Assembly: GCA_016207165.1 (NCBI GenBank)
Contig: JACQQD010000005.1
Span: 31,871 to 95,870, forward strand
DNA: 64,000 nucleotides
Direction: 5' to 3'
Source: Candidatus Micrarchaeota archaeon
GTDB taxonomy: Archaea; Micrarchaeota; Micrarchaeia; Norongarragalinales; Norongarragalinaceae
The position numbers and the translations under genes are program-made. Below, in pieces: positions 56,837 through 64,000 of the stretch (the first letter of the stretch is position 1; every line of letters starts with the position of its first letter). The notes beneath the pieces are model-generated. The model saw nothing but the letters and a program-made list of their open reading frames with translations, was not told the DNA's origin and made no database searches.

Positions 56837-57565
56837 ATGAAGTGGACGCGGCCCCTCCAAAAAGCGGTCAAGTGGTTCATGCAACCGCTTCGACGAAGGA
56901 AATCCGCTGAAATCCGCTATTTCCGGGAACTGGATCGCGCCTCGTTTCAGGGAATCGGCCACCCGGGCCTCGGCCGCGACAAATACTACACGGACTCCGG
57001 CTTGGACGAATACAGCGAACACTTCAAAACCGACTTGGCGCAAGTCGCCGAGCAGCTCCACCGCGAACGCGGACACGCCATCCGCGTTCTGGACGTGGGA
57101 GCTGGCGACGGATTGTTCGGCATCCAATTGCAGGACCACGTCGGACCCGAAAACGTCGAGCTTCACACCACGGGGTTGGCGCGTCCCTTCAACCAAGACC
57201 GAAAAACCAGGAAGTGGTCCGTGCAATCCAAGGCGTTGGACCGCGAAACCCAGCAGCCCTGGAACCGGTTCGCGTCATACAACGTCGGCGTGTTCACCGA
57301 CAACGCCGACCAATGGTTTGACGACGAGCACTTCGACCTCATCGTCGACCACAGCGGCATGCTGAAGGGTCAAGCCGCCGTGGGTTTAATGGCGAAAAAA
57401 CTGCGGGCCGGAGGGCACGCGTACTTGATGGGTGAATTCGGGAACGTGCTTCAATTGGGTCGCCTGCGCAGAACGCTTTCGCGTCAAGGCATTGCCATGG
57501 AATTGATTCGCGGAGCCACGGTCATGAACGCCGTGACGGCCATCCGCCTGGAAAAAATGCGTTGA
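56837..57565 (+). CDS. SAM-dependent methyltransferase-fold protein
   Basis: 242 aa with motif I VLDVGAGDGLFG. Confidence 0.6.
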   Translation: MKWTRPLQKAVKWFMQPLRRRKSAEIRYFRELDRASFQGIGHPGLGRDKYYTDSGLDEYSEHFKTDLAQVAEQLHRERGHAIRVLDVGAGDGLFGIQLQDHVGPENVELHTTGLARPFNQDRKTRKWSVQSKALDRETQQPWNRFASYNVGVFTDNADQWFDDEHFDLIVDHSGMLKGQAAVGLMAKKLRAGGHAYLMGEFGNVLQLGRLRRTLSRQGIAMELIRGATVMNAVTAIRLEKMR

Positions 57566-57596
57566 TTCAGGAAACACAACCCGCCTAAAATTAGGT

Positions 57597-57845
57597 CTAT
57601 TCACGGCGGGCGAGCCACCATCGTTTTGCAAAGCCCAGCGTGAGCGTGGAGATAATGTAGGCGACGGCGGGAACCAGTGCCACCAAACCTGCTTGAGGAG
57701 CGCCGATGGCAAGCAGAATGACCAGCACCGCAACGTAGGTGAACGCCGCCAGAATCAGCCGACGCGTCCAACTTAACTCCCACGCCTTGTCGGCTTCCAC
57801 GCGGGCGTTGCGGACTTCAATGGCGGAAATGCGTTTCTGGGTCAT
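57597..57845 (-). CDS. small two-TM membrane protein
   Basis: 82 aa from the ATG at 57845 (MTQKRISAIEV...). The upstream part of the track ORF is not protein-like. Confidence 0.45.
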   Translation of the reverse strand: MTQKRISAIEVRNARVEADKAWELSWTRRLILAAFTYVAVLVILLAIGAPQAGLVALVPAVAYIISTLTLGFAKRWWLARRE

Positions 57846-58027
57846 CACGTGAAAATGGAAGGAAGGGAATAAGAATCCGGACGTTTCGTTTTGTCCCTTC
57901 GACCAAAGAAGGCTAAACGACCAATAGGAGTTTGCCGTTGTGGCAGGCAGGACGCGTAGACTTGGCAAGCAGCCAAGTCCAGCGCATAGCAATGCGCACA
58001 TTGCTATACCAACGGCTTCGCTTGAAG

Positions 58028-58197
58028 TGGGGGAGGAGGGATTTGAACCCTCGAAGGCACATAACCACAGGATGGCCTAACCGCTTCTTTCTTTCCTCTG
58101 AAGCCCTTCTTTCTTTGCATGAAAGATTTCTTTCTTCGGGAAGAAAGAAATGTTTCCTTAAGTCCTGCCCCTTTGGCCAGGCTCGGGACACTCCCCC
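58028..58197 (-). tRNA. tRNA-Leu(UAA), class II, with an 83-nt intron at 37/38 (58074-58156)
   Basis: Hand-folded. The acceptor is GGGGGAG/CTCCCCC, the anticodon arm is CAGGA-CTTAAG|intron|A-TCCTG, the T arm is GAGGG-TTCAAAT-CCCTC and the discriminator is A. No CCA is encoded. Confidence 0.8.
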
Positions 58198-58251
58198 GTT
58201 GTTGGTTTTGAGGGCAAGTGGTTTTAACCGTTGACTTCCCGTTTTTGTCTC

Positions 58252-58866
58252 ATGAGTGAATTGACGGTGCCAAGCGTGGTGGCCCACTTGGAACGCTTCG
58301 CCAAAGAGCGCCGGTTGATGCCGGGGTTCAAGCCGTCGCGCGACGAGTTGGAAATCGAGTTGCACGGCCACGTGTTGGACCATTTGGGTTTGGGGGAAGG
58401 CGTCAAGGCCAAAGTCGCCGAGTTGCTGGCCAAGCGCATGCGGCTGGATTATGCCGACGTGGTGGCGTCTCGCTACCACAAGCTGAGCTTGCCGGACGTG
58501 CACGTGATTTTCCGGGATTTCTCCGAACAGCTGCAGGAGCACGGCGTGCACCGCCTCGGTTTGCCGCGGGAACGCGTAACCCACCTGCGCACTTTAGCCG
58601 AATTGTTCCTTGAGCGGCACCCATCTGAAAAACGGCGTCCCCGGGCGTCAGGCTCGGTTCTCGTTTCTTTCCCGAAGGACTCGGAACAAAAAAGCATCCT
58701 GTCGGTGGCCCAGACGTTGAACGAAGACTTGTTGAATTCGTACTTGGGTCCTCACGCCAAGCCCGTGTTGGAGTTGTTGGATGAAGTGCGCCGGAAGTTC
58801 TTGCAATCCCGGTACCCGGTCCACGACAGCGATTTGTTGTCGGACGCGCTTTCACTGCGCCGGTGA
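58252..58866 (+). CDS. hypothetical protein
   Basis: About 204 aa from the ATG at 58252, helical, with no motif recognised. Confidence 0.45.
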   Translation: MSELTVPSVVAHLERFAKERRLMPGFKPSRDELEIELHGHVLDHLGLGEGVKAKVAELLAKRMRLDYADVVASRYHKLSLPDVHVIFRDFSEQLQEHGVHRLGLPRERVTHLRTLAELFLERHPSEKRRPRASGSVLVSFPKDSEQKSILSVAQTLNEDLLNSYLGPHAKPVLELLDEVRRKFLQSRYPVHDSDLLSDALSLRR

Positions 58867-58869
58867 TTG

Positions 58870-59481
58870 TCAGATGTACGCCGGGGTCTCCAAGCCCTTC
58901 AAGTGGGAGTAGTCGTTGAGTCGCACCACGCGGACTTGGCTTTCGGAAAGCCAGAGTTCGTTGATGCAGGCGTTGTGCTGGGAGAACTCGCTTTGCGTGT
59001 CCAAGTAATAGCGGAAGATCTGGTTGTTCAGAACGTGGTGGCCTACCAACAAAACGGTTTTTCCGGCGTGCTTTCCCCGGATTTCTTCCAGGAAGGGGTG
59101 CAGGCGCGCGTTGACTTGCTCCAAGCTTTCCCCTCCGTCGGGCACGAATCGCGGGTCCTTCATTTGAGCGAGGATGCCGGGTTCTTTTTCTTCGGTTTCC
59201 TCTATGCCGAGGCCTTCGTAGACGCCTTTGCCTCTTTCCTTTAACGCGTCGGTGAACACGGCTTGCAAGTGAGAGTGGTGGATGCGTACCGCTTCCAGGG
59301 TTTCGCGGGCGCGGCCCAGCGGCGATCCGTAAAACAAGTCGATTTCCTCGTTTTTCAGCGCTTCCGCCAAAAGTTGCGTCTGTTTTTTGCCGAGGTCCGA
59401 GAGTCGGCCGTGGATGTGGCCCTGGAAGCGGTGTTCTTGGTTTTCGATGGTTTGCGCGTGCCGCACCAGAAGCATTCTCAT
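58870..59481 (-). CDS. histidine phosphatase (phosphoglycerate mutase-like) family protein
   Basis: 203 aa with MLLVRHAQT (RHG-type motif) and VLLVGHHVL. Confidence 0.8.
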   Translation of the reverse strand: MRMLLVRHAQTIENQEHRFQGHIHGRLSDLGKKQTQLLAEALKNEEIDLFYGSPLGRARETLEAVRIHHSHLQAVFTDALKERGKGVYEGLGIEETEEKEPGILAQMKDPRFVPDGGESLEQVNARLHPFLEEIRGKHAGKTVLLVGHHVLNNQIFRYYLDTQSEFSQHNACINELWLSESQVRVVRLNDYSHLKGLETPAYI

Positions 59482-59561
59482 GGTTGTTCAACTCGGAAAA
59501 GCGAAAAGAAAAAAAATGGTTGGGGGGTGTTTGCCCCTTGGTCGTGGCGCGCGGCTTGGTT

Positions 59562-59723
59562 TTAAGCGCCGCCCTTGGCGTCCTTGCGCTTCTGCTTCTT
59601 TGGACGCAACTTTTTGTACCCGCATTTGCGGCAGACTTTGTTGGTTCTCGGGTTCCGCGCCTTGCACTTCATGCACACGGCGACGCTCAAAAACGCCTGG
59701 TCGGCGACCGGAAACTTACCCAT
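59562..59723 (-). CDS. rpl40e: ribosomal protein eL40 (L40e)
   Basis: Below the track cutoff. Own translation gives MGKFPVADQAFLSVAVCMKCKARNPRTNKVCRKCGYKKLRPKKQKRKDAKGGA, with a CxxC...CxxC zinc ribbon. Confidence 0.8.
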   Translation of the reverse strand: MGKFPVADQAFLSVAVCMKCKARNPRTNKVCRKCGYKKLRPKKQKRKDAKGGA

Positions 59724-59783
59724 GAACGAATTCACCTTCAGAAACGCGACGAAAAGGACTACTTTGGTGGCCGCCAGGCCTCT

Positions 59784-60152
59784 TTAAGCTTTTTGCCGGG
59801 CCAGGCGTTCCAAAAATTGACCGGCTTTGTTTTGTTCCCTCGGCACCCACTTCAAGGACACGTTTTTGGATTCGTAGAGTGCTTTGGCTTTTTCGAACAA
59901 GGGTTTCAGGTTTTCCGCCTTGACTTGGTATTGCCCGGAAAGCTGGCGTTCAACGAGTTGGCTGTCGCCGACGAGTTCGTCTCCATCGTTTGCGTTTTCC
60001 AGGGCTTCAATGAGGGCGGCGTACTCCATCTCGTTGTTCGATTTTTTCTCATGCAGGCGAACGATGATGGGCGGGCGTTTTTTATCTTCAAACACGACGG
60101 TGTAGGCCGACGTCTGGCCGTTCCAGCCGGAGCCGTCGAAAAAGGTTTTCAT
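59784..60152 (-). CDS. rnhA: ribonuclease HI
   Basis: 122 aa with FFDGSGWNG, NNEMEYAALIEAL, GDSQLV and WVPREQNKAG. Confidence 0.8.
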   Translation of the reverse strand: MKTFFDGSGWNGQTSAYTVVFEDKKRPPIIVRLHEKKSNNEMEYAALIEALENANDGDELVGDSQLVERQLSGQYQVKAENLKPLFEKAKALYESKNVSLKWVPREQNKAGQFLERLARQKA

Positions 60153-60181
60153 ACTATTTCTTTGGAAGAAAAACTAGAAAA

Positions 60182-60253
60182 AGCCCCGGACGAGGATCGA
60201 ACTCGTGACCCCCTGTTTACGAAACAGGTGCTCTACCGCTGAGCTACCGAGGC
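60182..60253 (-). tRNA. tRNA-Thr(CGU), no intron
   Basis: Hand-folded as GCCTCGG TA GCTC AGCGGTA GAGC A CCTGT TTCGTAA ACAGG GGGTC ACGAG TTCGATC CTCGT CCGGGGC T. Confidence 0.85.
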
Positions 60254-60362
60254 ACTGCGTTGTTTTTGTGGTCCGATAATGTTTTTGAATCTTCGTTTTT
60301 CTTTGAAGCGCCTAACTTTCTTTTCGGAAAAGAAAGTTGGGCCCGCCTGAGCTACCGAGGCA
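60254..60362. mobile_element. miniature hairpin insertion (copy b) ending in a 16-nt duplicate of the tRNA-Thr(CGU) 5' end
   Basis: The direct repeat ctgagctaccgaggca occurs at 60239-60254 and 60347-60362. The conserved module gcgcctaactttcttttcggaaaagaaagttgggcccgc lies at 60308-60346. Confidence 0.5.
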
Positions 60363-60543
60363 AGCCCCGGGGGGACACCTCCACTTCGTTCCGGTTTCGC
60401 CCTGGCGCGCAACAGTTGGAAGCGATGGTCGACAAGCGGCCATCGCAAGGCTCAACCGCCTCGCCCCCTTCCCTTTGAAGTGGTGGAAGGGTGAACTGGC
60501 AATGAAAGCATTTTTTACTGGCATTTGACCATTTAAAGGAGTT

Positions 60544-61128
60544 ATGTTCGACGTGTCGGTTTGGAAGAAACTTTCGCGCGGCCCCCAAGTCATTCTGTTG
60601 AAAGACGCCGCCGTCATTTCCGCTTTTACGGGTTTGCAATCCGGCGACCACGTCGTGGACGCGGGAGCAGGAAGCGGGTTTTTGGCCTGCTATTTGGGTT
60701 CCATCGTGGCGCCCGGCGGACGCGCTTATTCGTACGAGAAGCGCCCCGAATTTGCCAAACTGGCTTGCCGCAACGTGGAAAAAGCGGGTTTGCAAGACGT
60801 AGTCGAAATCAAGGAAAAGGACGTGTTGGAAGGAATCGACGAAAAAGGCGTGGACTTGGTGGCATTGGATTTGGCGGATTCCCCAAATGCTCTTTCGCAG
60901 GCCTTTGCCGCGCTTAAACCCCGGGGTTTTTGCGTGGGGTACTTGCCGCACGCCGAACAAGTTCAATCCTTCGTCGCCGAGGGCTTGCGCGTGGGTTTCC
61001 TGCAGAACCAGACGTTGGAAGTCATCCACCGTGAAATGCTGGTGCGAAAACAAGGTTTTCGGCCGGAAAACTCCGGTTTGCTGCATACGGCCTACTTGAG
61101 TTTCCTGCGAAAGCCGCTTAAGACGTGA
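60544..61128 (+). CDS. trmI: tRNA (adenine-N1)-methyltransferase TrmI/Gcd14-like, short form
   Basis: 194 aa with GPQVILLKDAAVI and HVVDAGAGSGFLACYL...GRAYSYEKRPEFA. Confidence 0.75.
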   Translation: MFDVSVWKKLSRGPQVILLKDAAVISAFTGLQSGDHVVDAGAGSGFLACYLGSIVAPGGRAYSYEKRPEFAKLACRNVEKAGLQDVVEIKEKDVLEGIDEKGVDLVALDLADSPNALSQAFAALKPRGFCVGYLPHAEQVQSFVAEGLRVGFLQNQTLEVIHREMLVRKQGFRPENSGLLHTAYLSFLRKPLKT

Positions 61129-61261
61129 TTCGCGCGCAATTCCTTTCTTTTGGCGCGCCTAGCTTTCCGCACAAACGCCGTTGCGTTTGTGGGGCACAGC
61201 AAAACCAATTGGTTTTGCCCGTGTCTTTGGAAAGAAAAGGTGGGCTGCGAAAGCCGCTTAA
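61122..61261. mobile_element. miniature hairpin insertion (copy c) with a 17-bp direct repeat at the trmI 3' end
   Basis: ctgcgaaagccgcttaa occurs at 61105-61121 and 61245-61261. The conserved module at 61155-61244 is split by a nested double hairpin at 61167-61225. Confidence 0.5.
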
Positions 61262-61283
61262 ATCCTGAAAACGTCTTTCTTTC

Positions 61284-62408
61284 ATGCGGCCCTGGTTTGC
61301 AGTCACGTTTTTCGCCTTGTTGGCCTTGTTTTCCGTGCCGTTGATTGCTTCGGCCGCCGACTTGGCCTGCCAGAAAAACGAGGTCTGCATTTTCCTGGGC
61401 TTGGTGCCGGCGCGCATCTTGGAATCCTTGCCGGATGGTTCTGTCACGCCTCCGGCTTCGCCTGGATCTTCTGGCTTGATTTGTCCGGTGACGGTGTCCT
61501 CCGGCCAGATTGGGCGAGGCGTTTCAGGAGCCAGCGTGCACCCCTTAAGCGGCGAGATTCGGCCTCACGACGGACTGGATTTGAAGATTGCATCCGGGAC
61601 GCCGGTCAAGGCCGCGGCGGCCGGTAAAGTCGTCGTCCCCGATTTTGACACCGACGGTTACGGCGCGTGGATCATTTTGGACCACGGCAATGGCGTCGAG
61701 ACGCGGTACGCCCACTTGACTCCCGGCGCGTTCAAGGTGCGCTCCGGCGACACGGTTTCGCAAGGCGATGTTCTCGCGTTGTCCGGCGACTCCGGGGGCT
61801 CTACGGGCCCCCACCTGCATTTCGAGGTTCGGCGCAACGACCAGCCTACGCACGAACCGGAAGCGTTGTGCCGGACGGGGGCGTCTTCCACCTCCACCCA
61901 GGCATTCAACCCGTCTTCCGTGAACTTGGTGTCCGTTGCCCAATGCGCGCAGCAAGCCGAATCCGCGTGCCCGTCTACGGGTTCCAAAGACTTTGCCGGC
62001 CGGTCCTGGAAAACCGCGGACTACCGATGCGTCACGCGCGTGGCAAGCCAGACGTCGGGCATTCCGGAGAACTTGTTGTTGGCGCAAATGCGGCAGGAAA
62101 GCGGGTACCAGCAATTCGTGGGTTCCTCCGCTGGAGCAAAAAGTTACATGCAGCTTATTGATGAGACGGCGGCGGGTTTGGGAGTAGGCGCTGACAAGAT
62201 TTACGATCCATATCACAACATTTGCGCGGGCACGCGGTATTTCGCCGGCCAACTCAAGGCGTTCGGTTCTGTCGAGTGCGCACTGGCCGCGTACAACGCC
62301 GGCCCCGGCAACGTCCAAGGCAGCAACCCGTCCACCTGCGTGCCGAATTTTGAGGAAACGAGAAACTACGTGACCAACATCGTGTCGGACTGGCGGGGAA
62401 CGGCTTAA
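61284..62408 (+). CDS. secreted bifunctional murein hydrolase: M23 (LytM) peptidase plus lytic transglycosylase (SLT) domain
   Basis: 374 aa with a signal peptide. The M23 motifs are PHDGLDL and GPHLHFEV. The SLT motifs are AQMRQESGYQ, YMQLID and AAYNAGPGNV. Confidence 0.85.
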   Translation: MRPWFAVTFFALLALFSVPLIASAADLACQKNEVCIFLGLVPARILESLPDGSVTPPASPGSSGLICPVTVSSGQIGRGVSGASVHPLSGEIRPHDGLDLKIASGTPVKAAAAGKVVVPDFDTDGYGAWIILDHGNGVETRYAHLTPGAFKVRSGDTVSQGDVLALSGDSGGSTGPHLHFEVRRNDQPTHEPEALCRTGASSTSTQAFNPSSVNLVSVAQCAQQAESACPSTGSKDFAGRSWKTADYRCVTRVASQTSGIPENLLLAQMRQESGYQQFVGSSAGAKSYMQLIDETAAGLGVGADKIYDPYHNICAGTRYFAGQLKAFGSVECALAAYNAGPGNVQGSNPSTCVPNFEETRNYVTNIVSDWRGTA

Positions 62409-62710
62409 CCGATTTTCTTCTGGTAAAACAAAATGCCGATGAAGACGCGGCCGATGCGTCCGGCTTGCCAAAGCAGTCCCTCGTCCGGCGACACGGCGGT
62501 GGAGCCGATGGCCTCCAACGCCAGGTAAACGCCGATGAGCGGCCCGTATTTTTTCGGGATGTGGCCGAACAACAAAAACAAGCCGATGACCAGGCGCGCG
62601 ACGCGGCCGACTTGGAAAAGCAGAATAAGGTCCGTAGAGTAGACGATGCTCAAGAGCGCGTCGACGACGAGCCAAACTCCGGCGACCAATGCAACGGTCT
62701 TTTCTTTCAT
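62405..62710 (-). CDS. small polytopic membrane protein
   Basis: 101 aa with three or four hydrophobic helices. Confidence 0.5.
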   Translation of the reverse strand: MKEKTVALVAGVWLVVDALLSIVYSTDLILLFQVGRVARLVIGLFLLFGHIPKKYGPLIGVYLALEAIGSTAVSPDEGLLWQAGRIGRVFIGILFYQKKIG

Positions 62711-63027
62711 GCCATCAGCGCGTCGATTTTGGCGGCCAAAATGAAATCGTTTTCGTGCAGGCCCCCGATTTTGTGCGTGTACAATTCCAGGCGCACCTCG
62801 TTCCAGTGGATTTCAATGTCGGGGTGGTGGCCTTGCTGTTCCGCGATGTCCGCCACGGCGTTGACAAACGCCATGGCGTCTTTGAAGTTTTTGAATTTGA
62901 TTGTGCGGGCGATTCTGTTTCCTTCCAGCTTCCAGTTCGGCACTTCCCGGAGGTAGAACTCGGCTTTTTCTTTGGGCAGCGGAGGAATGCCTCCGCGGCA
63001 GGGAACGCAGAACTGGTCTTTAAGCAT
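62707..63027 (-). CDS. phhB: pterin-4-alpha-carbinolamine dehydratase
   Basis: 106 aa with FKNFKDAMAFVNAVADIAEQQGHHPD...HENDFILAAKID. Confidence 0.85.
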   Translation of the reverse strand: MLKDQFCVPCRGGIPPLPKEKAEFYLREVPNWKLEGNRIARTIKFKNFKDAMAFVNAVADIAEQQGHHPDIEIHWNEVRLELYTHKIGGLHENDFILAAKIDALMA

Positions 63028-63354
63028 TTATTTCCCGCGTTGTTCTGTCCATTCAGGGTGCATGCGCAGGATGCCCACGATTCCAGATTGTATCAATGTT
63101 TTGTCCGTGACGGGTTCGTGAAGGAGTGCGACGCCAAGCGTGGATTTCAAGTCTTTGCCTGATACTTCGTCACTTCGAACGGGAAGGAATTCGCCTCTCC
63201 AAGCCGTGGTCGTGTACGTAATTTGCCGGCGATTTTTCAACCCGCTTCGGACTTTGTCGTTTGCTTTGGGCCAATCCACTACATAGACTTTTCCGCCTCG
63301 CTGAAGGTGGCTTAACACGGTTTGAGCTCCTTGAGCCAATCGTCGTTCTTCCAT
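63028..63354 (-). CDS. hypothetical protein
   Basis: 108 aa from the ATG at 63354. The longer track ORF would run into the tRNA gene. Confidence 0.45.
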   Translation of the reverse strand: MEERRLAQGAQTVLSHLQRGGKVYVVDWPKANDKVRSGLKNRRQITYTTTAWRGEFLPVRSDEVSGKDLKSTLGVALLHEPVTDKTLIQSGIVGILRMHPEWTEQRGK

Positions 63355-63409
63355 GAAATCACCGATTGGATGTAACGCAGCGGTAAAGAAATAGTTTTTG
63401 TTGCTAGAA

Positions 63410-63514
63410 AGCCTCCGGCGCGAATTGAACGCGCGACCTCGTCCTTTGCGGCAAACGATTCGGTTGAATCGCAAGTTACCATGGACGCGCTCTACCAGGC
63501 TGAGCTACGGAGGC
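63410..63514 (-). tRNA. tRNA-Thr(GGU) with a ~30-nt intron at the canonical 37/38 position
   Basis: Hand-folded. The acceptor is GCCTCCG/CGGAGGC, the D arm is GCTC-AGCCTGGTA-GAGC, the anticodon arm is CGTCC-ATGGTA|intron|A-GGACG and the T arm is GCGCG-TTCAATT-CGCGC. Confidence 0.8.
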
Positions 63515-63644
63515 AACGGGTTTTGTTATGGATCCTGCGGGTTTTCAAACCTTTTCACTCCGCCGGGTTTTCTTTTGGGGCGCCTAGCTTTTCTTTCGGA
63601 AAAGAAAAGGCGGGCGCGTCTGTACCCGGCTGAGCTACGGAGGC
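63515..63644. mobile_element. miniature hairpin insertion (copy d) ending in a 17-nt duplicate of the tRNA-Thr(GGU) 5' end
   Basis: The direct repeat ggctgagctacggaggc occurs at 63498-63514 and 63628-63644. The conserved module gcgcctagcttttctttcggaaaagaaaaggcgggcgc lies at 63580-63617. Confidence 0.5.
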
Positions 63645-63774
63645 GGATTTGGAAGAAAGAATTGCGCAAGGCCTTCTAAAGGGTTTTCTTTTTCGCTTGG
63701 CGTGAACGCTTGAAAAAAAAGGTCTTGGTTTTTGTCCCGGAAAAAAAAGAAGCCCGGGGGAAAAGAAAAAAAAA

Positions 63775-64000
63775 TCAGGCGTTGGAAAGTTCGGCGTCGA
63801 TGGCTTGCTTGAAGACGGAGAACGGTTGCGCGCCGACGAGGAGTTGGTTGTTGACGTAGAAGCTGGGTGTTCCGGACACGCCGGCGGCCACGCCTTGCGC
63901 GAAGTCGCCTTGGACGGCCTGCGTGAATTTGCCGGAGTCCAGGCACGTCTGGAATTGGGCTTCGTTCAAGCCGAGTTGCTTGGCGTACGTCGCATACACG
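63775..64000 (-). CDS. DsbA-like thioredoxin-fold protein; C-terminal part only, 5' end beyond the window
   Basis: ...GVSGTPSFYVNNQLLVGAQPFSVFKQAID is typical of the DsbA-family C-terminus. The reading frame is open to the window edge. Confidence 0.55.
   Translation of the reverse strand, partial: VYATYAKQLGLNEAQFQTCLDSGKFTQAVQGDFAQGVAAGVSGTPSFYVNNQLLVGAQPFSVFKQAIDAELSNA

Noticed and set aside
58403-59491. 362-aa minus-strand ORF rich in R/P/G.
   Set aside because: It overlaps two better-supported genes (58252..58866 plus, and the histidine phosphatase in another minus frame). Its composition is not protein-like.
60347-60362. A second tRNA-Thr gene start (also at 63628-63644).
   Set aside because: Only the first 15-17 nt of a tRNA are present. 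There is no matching D-stem 3' strand, anticodon arm or T arm downstream. I interpret these as displaced 5' fragments.
60363-60480. Possible tRNA-like or small RNA on the minus strand (GGGGGCGAGGCGG...GTGTCCCCCC, with hairpin GCGATGG-loop-CCATCGC).
   Set aside because: I could not fold a cloverleaf. The terminal G and C runs do not pair in register, and I recognised no conserved family motifs. It may simply be the trmI upstream region.
61545-62675. 376-aa minus-strand ORF.
   Set aside because: It is antisense to the M23/SLT hydrolase gene and Arg-rich.

Overview
This is a gene-dense, moderately GC-rich archaeal chromosome segment. The archaeal assignment rests on archaeal-type LeuRS, PheRS alpha/beta and AspRS, aIF5B, ribosomal proteins eS6 and eL40, the FtsZ-SecE-Spt5 cluster, membrane LonB, RNase Z, an RNase P RNA, and intron-containing tRNAs. 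A small-genome or DPANN-like lifestyle is only an inference, based on a giant surface protein, secreted murein hydrolases and several bacterial-type genes. Housekeeping genes are interleaved with five accessory blocks. (1) A cell-surface block: FlaI-like ATPase, an unknown protein, a FlaJ-like platform, an archaeosortase-like protein, a pilin-like protein and a 2284-aa surface protein with a Q/N/Y/P-rich low-complexity insert. (2) A vapBC pair and a decayed RelBE-like toxin-antitoxin cassette. (3) A redox cluster: glutaredoxin, Bcp, PfpI, SOD, a DUF1858-IscA fusion, and a ferredoxin interrupted by a LAGLIDADG intein. (4) An operon of a split PRTase-like protein and a RelA/SpoT-type (synthetase+TGS) protein beside a divergent gene with a possible HD motif. 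This is my best candidate for an undescribed nucleotide-signalling or toxSAS-like system. (5) A family of hairpin-rich miniature insertions flanked by 16-17 bp direct repeats, two of which duplicate the 5' ends of tRNA-Thr genes, plus two double-hairpin modules carrying a perfect 22-bp inverted repeat around a 1.1-kb AT-rich segment. aIF5B carries an in-frame TAG. No rRNA genes or CRISPR arrays were seen. All domain calls come from reading motifs by eye; no database search was run.
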